The notes under the pieces were generated by a model, which saw nothing but the letters and a program-made list of their open reading frames with translations, was not told the DNA's origin and did not search any database. Below, one piece after another: positions 1 to 11,960 of a stretch of 64,000 bases of DNA. The stretch comes from Lama guanicoe (taxonomy: Eukaryota): NCBI GenBank assembly GCA_013239625.1, contig MU054662.1, positions 13,877,798 through 13,941,797 of the forward strand, given 5' to 3'. Positions within the stretch are counted from its first letter, which is position 1, and every line of letters starts with the position of its first letter. Position numbers and translations under genes: made by a program.

Positions 1-399
1 CGACAGAAACCAGCTGTGAGTCTGATGAAGTTCACTGTTTTTGCCACCAGAGTCTGGCTTCAGACATCAAAAGAAACTTGCCCTCAAATTAAAAAAAAAA
101 ACAAAATTGGATTCAATAAACCACCTTCTAAACAGCCCCCGAAACTTAAGGCCAAGATTAGACGATTTAAAACTCGGGGCCAGCTGTAAAAGTTTCTTTC
201 TTTGTTTTCTCAACATGTGCTCACAAGAAAACCTTGAAACCTCCATTGATTTTCCTTGTTCCAGGAATGTGGGCTGCCTTCCACACACTATTCATTAAGC
301 AGTGGGAAGCAGAATTTTTCTGGAGCCAAAATCGTCCTCGGCTGCCACTTCCCATGCTGCCTTCCATGACAAGCAAAAAGGAAAAAACAGTTCATGCTG

Positions 400-760
400 C
401 CACCATCTCACGCGACTCCGCACTCCCCGCGCTGACTGCTCGCGCCTCCCCGGCCGCGCCCGGCGCCTCCCGAGGGCCCCCGGGTCTTCCGCCTCCACTC
501 CCAGCCGCCGCCTGGCGGCTCCGACGCCAGGGCCTGGGGGCCTGAGCTCCCGAGAGCCCGGCGTCCCTGCAGAAGATCCACGTGCACCCGAACGCCGCTG
601 CAGACGGCAGAGCGGCTGTCGTCCCAGCCGCCATCCCTCAAGAGCTGCTGTTGTCGTGCGGGGCTCCTGGCAATCAGCGGAACAGATGAGCGCGTCTGAA
701 GTATTGGTTAAACACGATCGGACCTTGAAAACCACACCTCGGGGTGCGCACGCGTGTTTT
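400..760. promoter_or_regulatory. CpG-island-like segment, possible alternative promoter / first exon
   Basis: Very dense CpG and GC (e.g. cgcgactccgcactccccgcgctgactgctcgcgcctcccggccgcgcccggcgcc) with AT-richer flanks on both sides. A possible minus-strand donor CGC|GTGAGA lies at 412/411. Confidence 0.5.
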
Positions 761-1754
761 TGCTGAGAGACCATGTGTGTCGGGTAGTCCACAGAAGTAA
801 AGACTAAATCAAGCAGAAACTAGCTGAATAAGGCAGAATGTGGAGCCTTGCAAGTTCATTAAAAATAAATTGGATGCTTGTCTCCTGAGCCTTTTTGTAG
901 CACTATTTCACTTCGTATTTATTACCCTTAAAAAATGAAGGCTTCAAAGGAGTCCGGAAAAGCCATGCGTCTGCCTTTCCTCTCCTAGAACACGACCCTA
1001 ACGCATGTGCAGCTTCTAAAGCGGAATCCGACGGCAGTGAAGTCAAGCGGCCCAGCCGGCGCTGGACCCGTCGCTCTCGGGTTATTATGCTAACTTGAAT
1101 GCCGCCAGACCCACTTGCTCATAAAATCCCCTTGCCCACGGAAAAGACTCGCTTTCAGAGGGGACGCCCTGGCACAGGGGCTAGACTGGTACCCGGCAGA
1201 ACCCGCCAACACTGAGCCGGGAAGCCTCTTCCTTTCCAGAGCCCCCCAGGGCGACACTCGTGTCTGAGGTCCCCTCAGAGCAGAGACTTTAGGACGGCTC
1301 TGTCTCCCGCCTCGTCTTCCTGTTTCACAAACAAGCACAGAGCCGCTGTCTTCAGCCATCAGTGATCGAATCCAACAAACACGCATGGCGTCTCTGTCTT
1401 GGGTTTGGGGGCGAGTGACAACACAATGTTCCAGATGTTTCGTTCTCGTCTGAGCCCTCTGATCAGTGCTGTCGACAACGTTCTTGGCGTCGACAAACAC
1501 CGAACAGAGAAAACTAAGTGCGGGCGGGGGGGCAGGAAGGGAGGGACCACTTGATCGGGAAGAGCGCCCCCAGCAGGAGGTCTAGGGTCCCTCGGAGGAA
1601 ACGTGTGCAGGGCCGGGGCGGCCGGGGCAGGACGCAGGTGTCCAGGCAGGCCGGGCAGAGAGACAGGAGGGCGGAGGCAGCGAGAGCGTCCTTGCCCACG
1701 GCCCTCCTCGTGGAAGCACGCGCGTCACAGGAGACACAGAAGGAGCCCTTGTTA

Positions 1755-1773
1755 TCTCGACCAGGGGGCGAGA
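1755..1773 (+). promoter_or_regulatory. Candidate CTCF motif
   Basis: tctcgaccagggggcgaga resembles the CTCF core CCACCAGGGGGCGC. Motif match only. Confidence 0.25.
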
Positions 1774-2744
1774 AAGCAGGAAGCCACAACTGTGTCTCCT
1801 GATTCTGCCCGTCGGCCTTGAACACCCAGCTTCCTGTCGTTTTTGTTTATTGCAATATGCGTGGGGTGTAACACAGCACAAGTGTGGGCACGTGTGTCCC
1901 GCCCACAAGGGGTCAGTAGCAAAGCAAGACGCATTAGAGAAGTAACGCCTTGACTACCCAGACTCACGCGAACATTTTTTCGATGTTCAATTGCTATTTC
2001 TCCTAAACTCAGCTCAATCACTGTACTTAATGGAATCAAGATGCATCCTGAGAACTCCACCAGTTTACAGTCCTCTAAGAAACAACAGAAAACTTCCAAC
2101 TAACCTGCACTACGCCACCAAAGGCCTGTCACGATTTCAGGGGTGCCGCTCAATTTGCAGACTTGTGAATGAACCGATCACGGCGCATTCACTCCTCTCC
2201 TGACCTCCAAAGTGCAGCACGTGGACTCATTCTGGTGCACCGCTTTTACAAGTTTTGTTTGTTAACCTTGACTCAAAGCAAGACGCTGCATCTGTATCTC
2301 CTTTCCTTTGGCCCAATTAGGTGGGAGACAGAGCGCGTTTAGCCCCGGCGTCGCTTGGTCTCGGCGGTCTTCCTTATCATCAGCAGGAGCGGCGATTAGC
2401 CAGAGTAGCGGCAGTGAAGCTAGAAATGAGCATCATATCAGTGACAGGACCTGCCGCGTATTTATGGGGTATTTACGCTGTCTCCGCCCCTTGCCTCTGC
2501 CTGACCACACTTCACGTGGAAGTTTGGAATTGGATGAGAGGGGCCGACCGCAGCCAGCACGGCATAACCGTGCCTGCACTGTCCTCTTTATTTCATGTCC
2601 ACATCAGTAGCTTCGAGCTGAATATCCAAACCCTGTGCCCTCAGCACCTCTCGCGTGTGCAGGGCGTACGCGCGCCGGTGCCAGTGTGTTAGTCTGAAAC
2701 CGCAAACTCGTGGGAGAGCAGACAGCTCCACGTAACCCTTTGCT

Positions 2745-2960
2745 ACAAGTTAATTGCTGGTGTAACAAGCCTGTTTCTAAGCACTTCGCCTGCATTCAAG
2801 CTTCAGGGCTGCCCTATGAGTTAGATTCCATCATTATTATTCCCATTTACAGACAGGAAAACTGAAGCACAGACCGGCTGGGTTATCTGTCGATGGACTA
2901 AAATCCCACGTTCACAGCCCGCCTGTCGTGGGGGTCAGCGGCTCCACACTTTCTATCACA
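2745..2960 (-). mobile_element. MIR SINE
   Basis: ctgtttctaagcactt...attattcccatttacagacaggaaaactgaagcacaga matches the reverse-complement MIR core. Confidence 0.8.
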
Positions 2961-4187
2961 CGCTTCGCTCTAGCTGTTTTGTGAGCATCAGCCCGGAACA
3001 ACCCCCCACATACACACCTGCAGGACCCCGGCCCCACCCAGGACAGGCATGGACGAAGCGCATGGCCTGCAAGCTCACGGCACCAGACAGCCGAGCTAGG
3101 TGTGCTGTAGGCACAGACTTGCTTGTCACCGTCTCGGTGATGCCGCGCGTCTAAGACGCACTTCAGACCTGATCATTTTACCCAGAACAGCAATCAGAGT
3201 CTGTCCTTTCCAGCAGCGCCTTCTCTTTAAAATTCACAGCACATCATGTTGACAAGTCAAGACAGTCAAGCTGCCCGGCTGGTTGCAAGCCCGGGTGAGA
3301 AGCGTGTGGATGGGAAATCAGAGAGCCTTTCTCAGCAGCACCGCCCAGAAGGGGCTCCCAGCACCATCCCCAGGCCACCCCGCTGCTCCCTAACCGCCCT
3401 TCCAAGAGCCAGAGGCTTCTTCTGAGCTCCCGGTGGGGTGAAAATTCTTTGCTCAAAACTGCTTGGAATTTGTTGCACTTGGTGGCAACCCTGCTGTGAT
3501 CTCCCAAAAGGGAAGATCACCCACGAATTAAAACGTCACCCACCAGCAGCCAGCATCACCCCAGCCCTTACTGTCTGGGTGCTCGAATCACTAGACAAAA
3601 AAAACAAAGAAAGAAAACAACTCTTGTCTGCTTTCACCCCGGACCGCCCTCTGCCACAGCTCCCACCACTATGTGTCTGGCCTGCGCTAAACGCCACGGT
3701 CCCACAAGATTAAAACACACAGCAGGAAACACAGAGCTGCCCCTGTCACAGGGCCCCCAGCCCTGGGGGTGGGGCTGCGACAAAATGGCCGTGTGACTCC
3801 TCTGTGCTGACAGAAGTCATCTGCCAGGTGTTCAGAGCAAACTGCATTTTCTGAACTTCCAAGGCGTTTGCGTCAGGTTGGTGGGACCACCTTCTCCTGG
3901 GTTCAAAGCTCGCCAGGAAACGCCCCGCGGAGCCTGGTTTTGAATCTGCTGGGTCCTTGAAGGGAGCGAACACCCGGCGGGCAGAGCGCTCACCGCAGAG
4001 GGGGCTCCTCACGGCCCCTGGTCGTTTTGGATGCGCTTGACCCCAGACAAGCTGTCCTCGCCCCTAATACGTACCGAGACTCACCGAATGACACACTTGG
4101 TTTTATAACTGGACCAGTTATGTGGTTAATTTAATCGACAGAGACAATCTGCCTGAAAAGAGAATCTGGACCATTTCCTCTATGCTC

Positions 4188-4255
4188 GCCTCCTTCTGCC
4201 CCCCTCCCCCTCCCCGCCCACCTCCTCTCCTTTCTCCTCCACCTCCTCCCTTTCA
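4188..4255. repeat. C/T-rich low-complexity tract (G-quadruplex potential on the minus strand)
   Basis: Almost pure pyrimidine run with several C-tracts of 3 or more. Confidence 0.7.
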
Positions 4256-4292
4256 ACGGGAGCTACCTTCCTTTCTTGATCCCAGGTTGATG

Positions 4293-4485
4293 GAACTGGG
4301 TTAGATTCCTGGCTTTTCCACTCATTCTGTGACTTTTTGAGACATTCATTATCTGCTTCTTACACGTAAAATGGGACTCATAGCCCCACCTGACTCAGAG
4401 TTTCCTGCTGTGGTTAAATCAGGTCATTTGCACAAAGCCTCACCGCGTGCCTAGCACATGAGAAGCACCTAGAAATGCTAGTTCT
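4293..4485 (+). mobile_element. MIR SINE
   Basis: ctgggttagattcctggc...gtaaaatgggactcatagc...ggttaaatcaggtcat...gtgcctagcacatgagaagcacc follows the MIR consensus order. Confidence 0.75.
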
Positions 4486-4919
4486 CGTCAGCGTCGCCCG
4501 CCTCCACACGCTAAGCAGGTTCGTACTTTCACCGACTCCAAAATGGTAACGTCTTCTCAATATCCAGACACGCAGACTCCCGCGACGGCCGCCCCGGGCT
4601 GGCTCAGACGCGGAGGAGGACACGCGTGGTGAGGAGACAGACCCATAGACGGTCTGTCCATTTTCTGCCCGTTCCCCAGCTCCTCGCCGGCCCCTGGGAC
4701 GGAGGTGTGGCCCTGCCGGACCTGGAAGAGCCCACAGGCGCCGGCGGCCGCGGGAGGCTCAGCGAGTGTCAGTTCCTCCACTCAGGCTTTAAGCAGCTCT
4801 ACAAGAGAGCATCGATTTTGGTTAAATTGATTTTATTCATAGCTGGTTTGGATGGTGTGCTCAGAAGGTAGATTGCATCGGGCTGTCAGCACAGAGAGGC
4901 GGGGAGCGCAGGCCCCTCC

Positions 4920-4942
4920 TGTGTGTGTGTGTGTGTGTGTGT
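4920..4942. repeat. (GT)n microsatellite
   Basis: About 11 perfect TG units, seen directly. Confidence 0.95.
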
Positions 4943-4974
4943 GAGCACACATGAGCGTGTGGTCCCAAATTCCT

Positions 4975-4984
4975 CTATTTATAG
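4975..4984 (-). promoter_or_regulatory. Perfect MEF2 site CTATTTATAG, which reads as a TATA box (TATAAATA) on the minus strand
   Basis: Exact match to CTA(A/T)4TAG. The reverse complement is ctataaatagagg. Confidence 0.45.
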
Positions 4985-5794
4985 TTCAGTGGGATCTGGC
5001 CTCTAAAGGGGACTGAAAAGACATTTTCTGGACGGGAGTGTGATTCTGTGCTTTCAGTCTCGTCAAAGCATGAAGCCAGGCTCCCGGCCCCGCTCCCGGT
5101 CTCCTGCGCGGGAGATCCCCACCCGTCTCGTCACCCTATATTAGTGCAGGTTAGCTTCTGACCCGAGCTTAGTTGGAATACATAGCAATGGACATACATG
5201 CCACGTGCCAGCTGCCTTTCAGGGACTCACGTTCGATTCCCTGGATTCCCAGGGTGGTGGTGATTGTGGAAAATCCCTGCCTGTTTCAAACACGCAGGTC
5301 GGTGTGAGTGCTCGTGACCACGGAGTGCAAACAGTGGCATTTCCAAAACCACGGATCTTAAAACCTACAGCACCAAACAGAAGCCTTCTGCGGAAAAGGA
5401 CTCAACATGATACATGTGGTTTTATAATAACACAGATCATCGATGTTCAATTATTTATTTGAATGAAAGTCATCTGCTAATCAAAAAAGCAAGAGATAAA
5501 GAGAAAACTCGTCCAAACTCTTGAAAGAAGGCCGATGGCTCTCAGGTGCGCCCGGCGTCTCCCGCTCTCAGCACATCCTTCACTTATTTACACTCTGCTC
5601 GGACCAACACGGAAATCAGTTTTCATTCTCTAAACAGCCACTGACGGATGGTAACTGGGCAGGGATTAATTAAAGGCAGGGATCGGGAGAACTTAGTTTG
5701 AGATTAAAAATATATCACAGCCGAACTCTACAGACACGCGTGCGCATCACGCCCGCAAACACATAATCCCCACATCTGTTGACTGTGAACGTCT

Positions 5795-5985
5795 CAGCAG
5801 TAACTTCTTAAACTGGGAATTTATGCAAAAAATCAGTTGGGGATCTTTTTCAAACACAGAAGCTTAGGTCCCGCTATCCAAATAATCTGATGAGTAAGAC
5901 TGGGGTGGGTCCCCTGCAATTGCAATTAAAACACGTTTTTTAACCTTAGCAGTTAATTCTTAGAGGCACTAGTTAAGCTACTGCA
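5795..5985. mobile_element. MER5-like hAT-Charlie MITE
   Basis: cagtaacttcttaaact...ggggatctttttcaaacacagaagcttaggtccc...tctgatgagtaagactggggtgggtccc...ctactg follows the MER5A/B pattern. Confidence 0.65.
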
Positions 5986-6129
5986 TTAAAGACAAATGTG
6001 TTGTAAATGTCAGCTGTTCAGAAACTTGAGAAGAGCCCTGTCTTTCCCAAGCGTAGGCCAGCGGGGACCACTGCTGACCCAACTGCTAACGCCAGCGACA
6101 CAGAGAAAACCCTTGCCTCCTGACTTTTC

Positions 6130-6250
6130 TCAACCAACCGTCACTCCGTGCTCCTGGCTCCATCTCCAGAACACTTCTCAGCTGCATCTGTGTTTTCCCC
6201 ACGTCACCACCACCACCTTAGTCCAAGCTGCCATCTCCCCACCTCCCCGA
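6130..6250 (+). mobile_element. L2 LINE fragment
   Basis: ctccatctccagaacacttctc...accaccaccttagtccaagctgccatctc is a typical L2 ORF2-region remnant. Confidence 0.6.
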
Positions 6251-6404
6251 GGCTCCGGGAGACGGCACAGTGCCGGCCACACCACACCTGCCCAGCAGGC
6301 AGCTGCTGCAGGAAAGCAAACAGCTGAGCAGCCACAAGCAGGGTATTTTTCAATAATGACTTGCACAATGGCTGCTACACACAAAAGTGAGCTAACAGGA
6401 AGCA

Positions 6405-7270
6405 AAAGGAAGGCTGACGAACATGAGAAGATGCTCAGCACCGCTAATAATCAGAGAAATCCACATCAAAACCACAGCGAGATATCACCTCACACCAGGC
6501 AGAAGGGCCACCATCAAAACGTCCACAAATGACAAGTGCTGGAGAGGGTGTGGAGAAAAGGGAGCCTCCTGAACTGCGGTGGGAATGCAGTTTGGTGCAG
6601 CCACTGTGGAGGAGGGTATGGAGGTTTCTTAAAAAACTAAAAACAGACTTACCATATGATCCAGCAATCCCACTCCCAGGCATCTATCCAGAGAAAACTC
6701 TAATTCAAACAGACANNNNNNNNNNNNNNNNNNNNNNNNNNNNNNNNNNNNNNNNNNNNNNNNNNNNNNNNNNNNNNNNNNNNNNNNNNNNNNNNNNNNN
6801 NNNNNNNNNNNNNNNNNNNNNNNNNNNNNNNNNNNNNNNNNNNNNNNNNNNNNNNNNNNNNNNNNNNNNNNNNNNNNNNNNNNNNNNNNNNNNNNNNNNN
6901 NNNNNNNNGAAGTCAGTCAGACAGAGAAGGACAAATATCACACGGTATCACTTCTATGTGGAATGTAAGAAAACGACACAAATGAACTTATTTACAAAAC
7001 AGAAACAGACTCACAGACACAGAAAACAAACTTATGGTTACCAGAGGGGAAAACGGGGGATAAATTAGGAGTTTGGGATGAGCAAAAACACACAACTATG
7101 TATAAAATAAACAGCGCGGTCCTACGATACGGCACAGGGAACTACGTTCGATATCTTTAATAAACTATAATGAAAAGAATCTGAAAAGAATCCATGTATG
7201 TGCATAAGTGAGCCACTGTGCTCTACGCCAGCAAGTAACACATTGTGAACCAACTACACTTCAGTTTATA
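6405..7270 (+). mobile_element. 5'-truncated L1 (cetartiodactyl type): ORF2 C-terminus plus 3' UTR, interrupted by N gap 6716-6908
   Basis: Translation includes [28 protein letters not shown] (L1 ORF2 end). The 3' UTR reads aaacagaaacagactcacagac...cttatggttacc...ggcacagggaactac...caactacacttcag. Confidence 0.95.
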
Positions 7271-9412
7271 GAGATGAAGGCTCACAGCATGTCTAATTAT
7301 AAGACAAACAGCCGGGCTGGACTGGAAACGAGTGACGAGAACTGTTCCAGTGGCACCGCGGCCCCTCGAGTGCCCGGAGACGTGCACACCCGTGGTCCAG
7401 CCCACCAGCCCCCCGTCCACGCTTACTTACAATCAGCCGGGGAAACACGTGTGCCGGCGCTGGACCAGCAGGGGTGCCTGGTGGCAAAACACCAATTATC
7501 ACGTCCCTCCCTGAGAAGCAGAAGAGCGGACTTCCGAGGGGTCCCCACAGTCCTCTGTGTCCCCATCAGTTCGAAGGCTACGCACAACAGCCTTGTTCCT
7601 GGCCAAGGACAAAGGTGATGAAGTCACAAGTGAAGTGAAATAACTCTGAATGTAGATGGAAAGGTAACGTGGTCTGAACCCCAAGGCAGACACAGCGTCT
7701 CAAGTTCACATGCCCCCAGAAGGCACCCAGGAAAGGCAGCCACTGTGACTGCCGAGAGGAGCAGGCCCCAGGGTCGAGGCTGTCCTTCCGTGGAGGCAGC
7801 ACCGGAGCTGAGGAGGTGAGCTCACAGGCGCAGCTCCGCCCCACGTGTGGGGCACCGACCACGCCACTTGGCAGGGGAGGGAGACAGGACGGTCCAGCTG
7901 TCCCGGCTCGTGGATGGATGCCTCCCCCACCCACCACCCAAGCCTGGGGGGTTGAGGTCCATAAAGAGACGACGGAGTGATTAAAGGAGGAGACAGAGCA
8001 ACAAGAGCGGAGGGGCCGCTGAGGGGTGGTCCTGGCACAGACGACAGGGGGTCCACCTTTCAGCTTCCCACACAGTTACCTGTACCCCCCACAACAGGGA
8101 CACATATGTTAAGCCAAACTGGCCTGGCTCTCTCCAGTTCAGCTAACACGTGTGCTGTCTGTTGTCCAGGATTTAAATCACTCGGAGGGGAGCCCTCTGG
8201 AGCGCTCCACCACCCCGCCGGGGCCTGGGGGGCGCTTTGAGCCTCCAAGCAGCCCTGGCAGTAATTAAGCACAAAAGGGCTCCCAGCGCCATCCTTGCAC
8301 CGGCGTTTGGCAGCCTGTTCCAGCAGAGCAGAAGGGGGAAGATTTGATTTTAATCACACAGATTTCATATTTTATTTTGCTCATTAAAATTCCTGATACG
8401 GATTTACTTCAGCATTTTGTGGCTCTCCCTGCATATCTGAAGAGGGTCCTTTTTCTCCCCCCGTTTACTGCAGACGCTGTCTGATCCCTGCCTGTCCCAC
8501 AGTCTGCAGACACTGCCTCCACGTCGCTCAAATCCAAGGTGTGAGCCACTTCCGGGAGAATTTTAAAAGAAAGAAAGAATTTCAGGATGGCAGGCCACCC
8601 CTCTGCAGTCACCACGGTGCTGCCTATGCTCAGCCAAGGAGAAGAAAGTCAATTATCTAAGAACGCAGGGCTGGAATTGAGATGAAGAAAACTTTGCCGT
8701 CTGAAGTTCTGTAGGACTCCTAAGGGAACGCAGGATTCTGGGTGTGCACGGAACACTACTGCTCTGGAAGAGACGAAGTCATTTTCAGAAGGAACCGCTC
8801 GGAAGCTGGCACGAGCCGACCCCACCCCAGCCGGCTGGCCTCTCCCCGCTGGGCTGCCCCACGGCTCCAGGCCCAGCCTCCCGGGCCGCCTTCCTCCCCG
8901 CCTCTGCAGTGGTGGGTGCGCAGCGGCCGCCCCAAACCAGGGCGAACTCTTCAGCAGGGCACTAAATGCTAACCCTTTCTTGCTCACAAAATATCAAATT
9001 TTAGTTTAGATACATATTTGTAAATGTGTGTATTTAACACATGTGTTCAACCTATGTATCAAGTCACATCTAGCATCATAGATACACATGGAGTATACAG
9101 TGTTACAGACGTAAGCACACACATTCTGCACGCAGGGCGACATCCCCTCTCCGTCCGTGCCTCCTCAGGTCCTGGGATTTCCAGTATTACAAGCACCAGA
9201 GGTTTCCACTCTGGGCTGCTTCCGGTGGGAAACAACAGAAGCCCTGACCTGGCTGAATACACACCGAAGCAGCTTTTCCGCCCTCTGTATTCGCCCATCC
9301 GAGCATCAGGTTACTGGGCGGTGTTATCTGGGGGTGTGAGGGGAGGAAGTCATTCCATCCGCAGCTCTCTCTCAACAGGCCAATTCTGCTTAAATACCTA
9401 CGAACGTCATTA

Positions 9413-9738
9413 CCGTCACCCCTTGGTATCGGCGGCGGGTTGGTTCCAGGACCCGCCCCTGGTACCGACACCACGGATGCTCGAGTCTCAGAGGCGGTCC
9501 CCCAGCGTCCCTGGGGTCCGCACCCGCGGATTCGACCAAAGGCAAACTGCGGACACAGCACATGCCTGCCTGTCAGCTGCATCGGGGACGCGGACCCCTG
9601 CAGACCCCGACCCCCTGCAGACACCAGCCCCCTGCGGATTCCGGCCCCCTGTGGACCCTGACCCCCTGCGGACGCCGACTCCCTGCCGACCCCGACCCTC
9701 TGCGGGCGCGGACCCCGGCAGTTGCGAGCGGTCAATCG
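9413..9738. mobile_element. MER2/Tigger-like TcMar MITE with an internal minisatellite
   Basis: ta|ccgtcaccccttggtatc...ttggttccaggacccgcccc...cacggatgctcgagtc...gggtccgcacccgcggattcgaccaa resembles the MER2/Tigger termini. Confidence 0.7.
9587..9720. repeat. 17-bp minisatellite, about 8 degenerate units (consensus gaccccgaccccctgcg)
   Basis: Units read directly: gacgcggacccctgca / gaccccgaccccctgca / gacaccagccccctgcg / gattccggccccctgtg / gaccctgaccccctgcg / gacgccgactccctgcc / gaccccgaccctctgcg / ggcgcggaccccggca. Confidence 0.9.
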
Positions 9739-10586
9739 TGCTTGGACGTTAGCTTACTAATTTGAACTAGCAAATGGAGAAAATTCACCTTTGTCTTTTT
9801 ACTCCAACAAAACTCCATTCCCACTGAAGTAACTGTAACAGCTATCAACATGCAGAAAGAACCAAAAAACAGTGAGACATTATATATACACATATGTATT
9901 CATATGCGTGTATATCTATTTCCTACTTTCAGTACATCAGAATACGTATGTATTTATACGTAATTTTAAAAATTCTATTACTAGTTAACAAACGGTCATG
10001 AAGTTTCTACGATGCCCCGGAAACCCGAGATGCGAAAGTCTAATCAAGCTGCTCCAGGGAGGAGAGGCAGAGGCTCCTTGCCAGGATCCGCAGCGTCTCC
10101 CCATGCGCGCAGGCCTCGCGTGAGAGAAGCAGGCATCGCCCAGGCAGGAAGGCGTGTCCTGAAGCGACCCCCCAGAGCTCATCTGGGAAGGAAGCGGGTC
10201 CCTTCTCGCCTGCGGCGCAGACTTCTGCTTTGTCGTCTACACCCGGCATTTTCCGTCTCTCAGGCTTTTGTGCGCTAAGGCTGTTTCTTGAAGAGTCAGA
10301 TGTTGTCCGTCCCCACAGATCCCGAGCCCTGCTCCCCGCGGAAGCCCGCCCCCCCCACCTCCTGCAATCTCTTTACTCAGCAGCAAATTTCCCTTCATTA
10401 AAATTAAGTCTCATTTCTTTCTCAACTTTTCCTGTTTTCCTCAGCACAACTGAGCGCAATCCCAAACCTGTTCTCGCAGCTCCAGCTCCTGTCGTTTCCT
10501 AACTACGTCTCTTTTCCTCAAAAAACAGGATAGCTGTGTTCCAGCGACTGGGACCCTCCCTTCTGCGGCAACCGAGGAGAAGACGG

Positions 10587-10664
10587 GGTGTGTGTGTGTG
10601 TCTGTGTGCGCACGTGTGTGTGTGTGTGCATACATGTGTGCATGTGTGTGCTTGTGTGTGCGCG
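10587..10664. repeat. Imperfect (GT)n microsatellite next to N gap 10670-10854
   Basis: Seen directly. Confidence 0.9.
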
Positions 10665-11624
10665 CTGGTNNNNNNNNNNNNNNNNNNNNNNNNNNNNNNN
10701 NNNNNNNNNNNNNNNNNNNNNNNNNNNNNNNNNNNNNNNNNNNNNNNNNNNNNNNNNNNNNNNNNNNNNNNNNNNNNNNNNNNNNNNNNNNNNNNNNNNN
10801 NNNNNNNNNNNNNNNNNNNNNNNNNNNNNNNNNNNNNNNNNNNNNNNNNNNNNNAAGGCAGGTGTCTCACTTCACAAAGTCCCAGCGCGCTGGAAGGTCC
10901 GCTTGGCCTGTTTGGCAGGAGGCCTGTGCCCAGACGCTCAGGTCTGTGCTTATGCTTCAACTGACATGACCTGCAGGGATCAGATGGCCTTACAGTTCCA
11001 TCGGAAGCGGTGGCAGCTCAGGGCAGCCCTCCTGGGTCAGACCCCGAGACAGGGAGGTGGGAGAAGGAACGTGCAGGGTCAGCCTTGGACTCCCCAAGAC
11101 AGGAGCTCTGACGCTCCAATAAACCCACCCCCACACAGCTGTCTGCCCCCTCCTCAATGTACACTCACGGCCCTTCTGACTCCCGATCATCTCGTCCACT
11201 GGACTTCTCCTCCGGGGCCAAGTGGACGTGGGGATGCCAAGGACCTGAATTTCATCCTTCCAGACTCTCAGAGCTTCACTGATGCTCCACATCCCCGGGG
11301 AGACAGACAGGGAACAGCCTCTACACTGGCCGGAGAAGAAGGCGGCGGGGAGGGCCCGGGACCCACGGGCACAGCTCCCATCTGCCCCAGACAGAATCAC
11401 GTCTTCTGGGTCTGGATGAATCCAGCTCAGGGCTCAAGCTGGGATGCTGCCCTTCAGGGCTGTGACCGTGAGTGTCGGGAAGGCGGTCTGAGGCTCTGGG
11501 GACACAGCCAAGGAGCCCTGTCGACAATGAGGGTGTTCCAGGTGTTCTCAGCATCCTTCACTGCCCGCTGACCTTGCCTTAGCTCCACGCTTACTGAAAG
11601 CCTGGACATTCATTAGATTAGGGC

Positions 11625-11825
11625 CAGAAACTCACAACTAGGCAGGTGGCCTTGGGCGACTTACTTAACTTTGAAGCCCAATGTGCAGAACGGGATATTA
11701 ACTTTACAAATCTGTGTGTGTGTGCATGTGTGTGTGCGTGCGTGTGTGAGTTATAAAGACTGATACAGAGTAAAACACACGGCGTAATTCCTGGCAGATA
11801 GCAATGATCAGCTATTGATGTCATT
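11625..11825 (+). mobile_element. MIR SINE with an internal (GT)n tract (11712-11748)
   Basis: ggtggccttgggcgacttacttaac...ttcctggcagatagcaatgatcagc. Confidence 0.6.
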
Positions 11826-11839
11826 AAATCAGCTTTGAT

Positions 11840-11960
11840 ATCATTACCACCAGACAGGCACTGAGCACTCAACGTGCACCGGGGAGGGTACCAGACACTG
11901 AGGACACAAAGGCACATCAGACACGGACCAGGCCTTGACGAGCTCGCAATCTAGGAAACA
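11840..11960 (-). mobile_element. L2 3' fragment
   Basis: cactgagcactcaacgtgcacc...gacactgaggacaca...gccttgacgagctcgcaatctagg resembles the reverse-complement L2 tail. Confidence 0.5.

Noticed and set aside
4636-4658. 8-bp perfect hairpin gacagacc-catagac-ggtctgtc and similar short stems (e.g. near 23479)
   Set aside because: Too short for a pre-miRNA, and expected by chance in 64 kb.
10588-11571. 327-aa ORF
   Set aside because: It begins in a GT microsatellite and spans an N gap, so it is an artefact.
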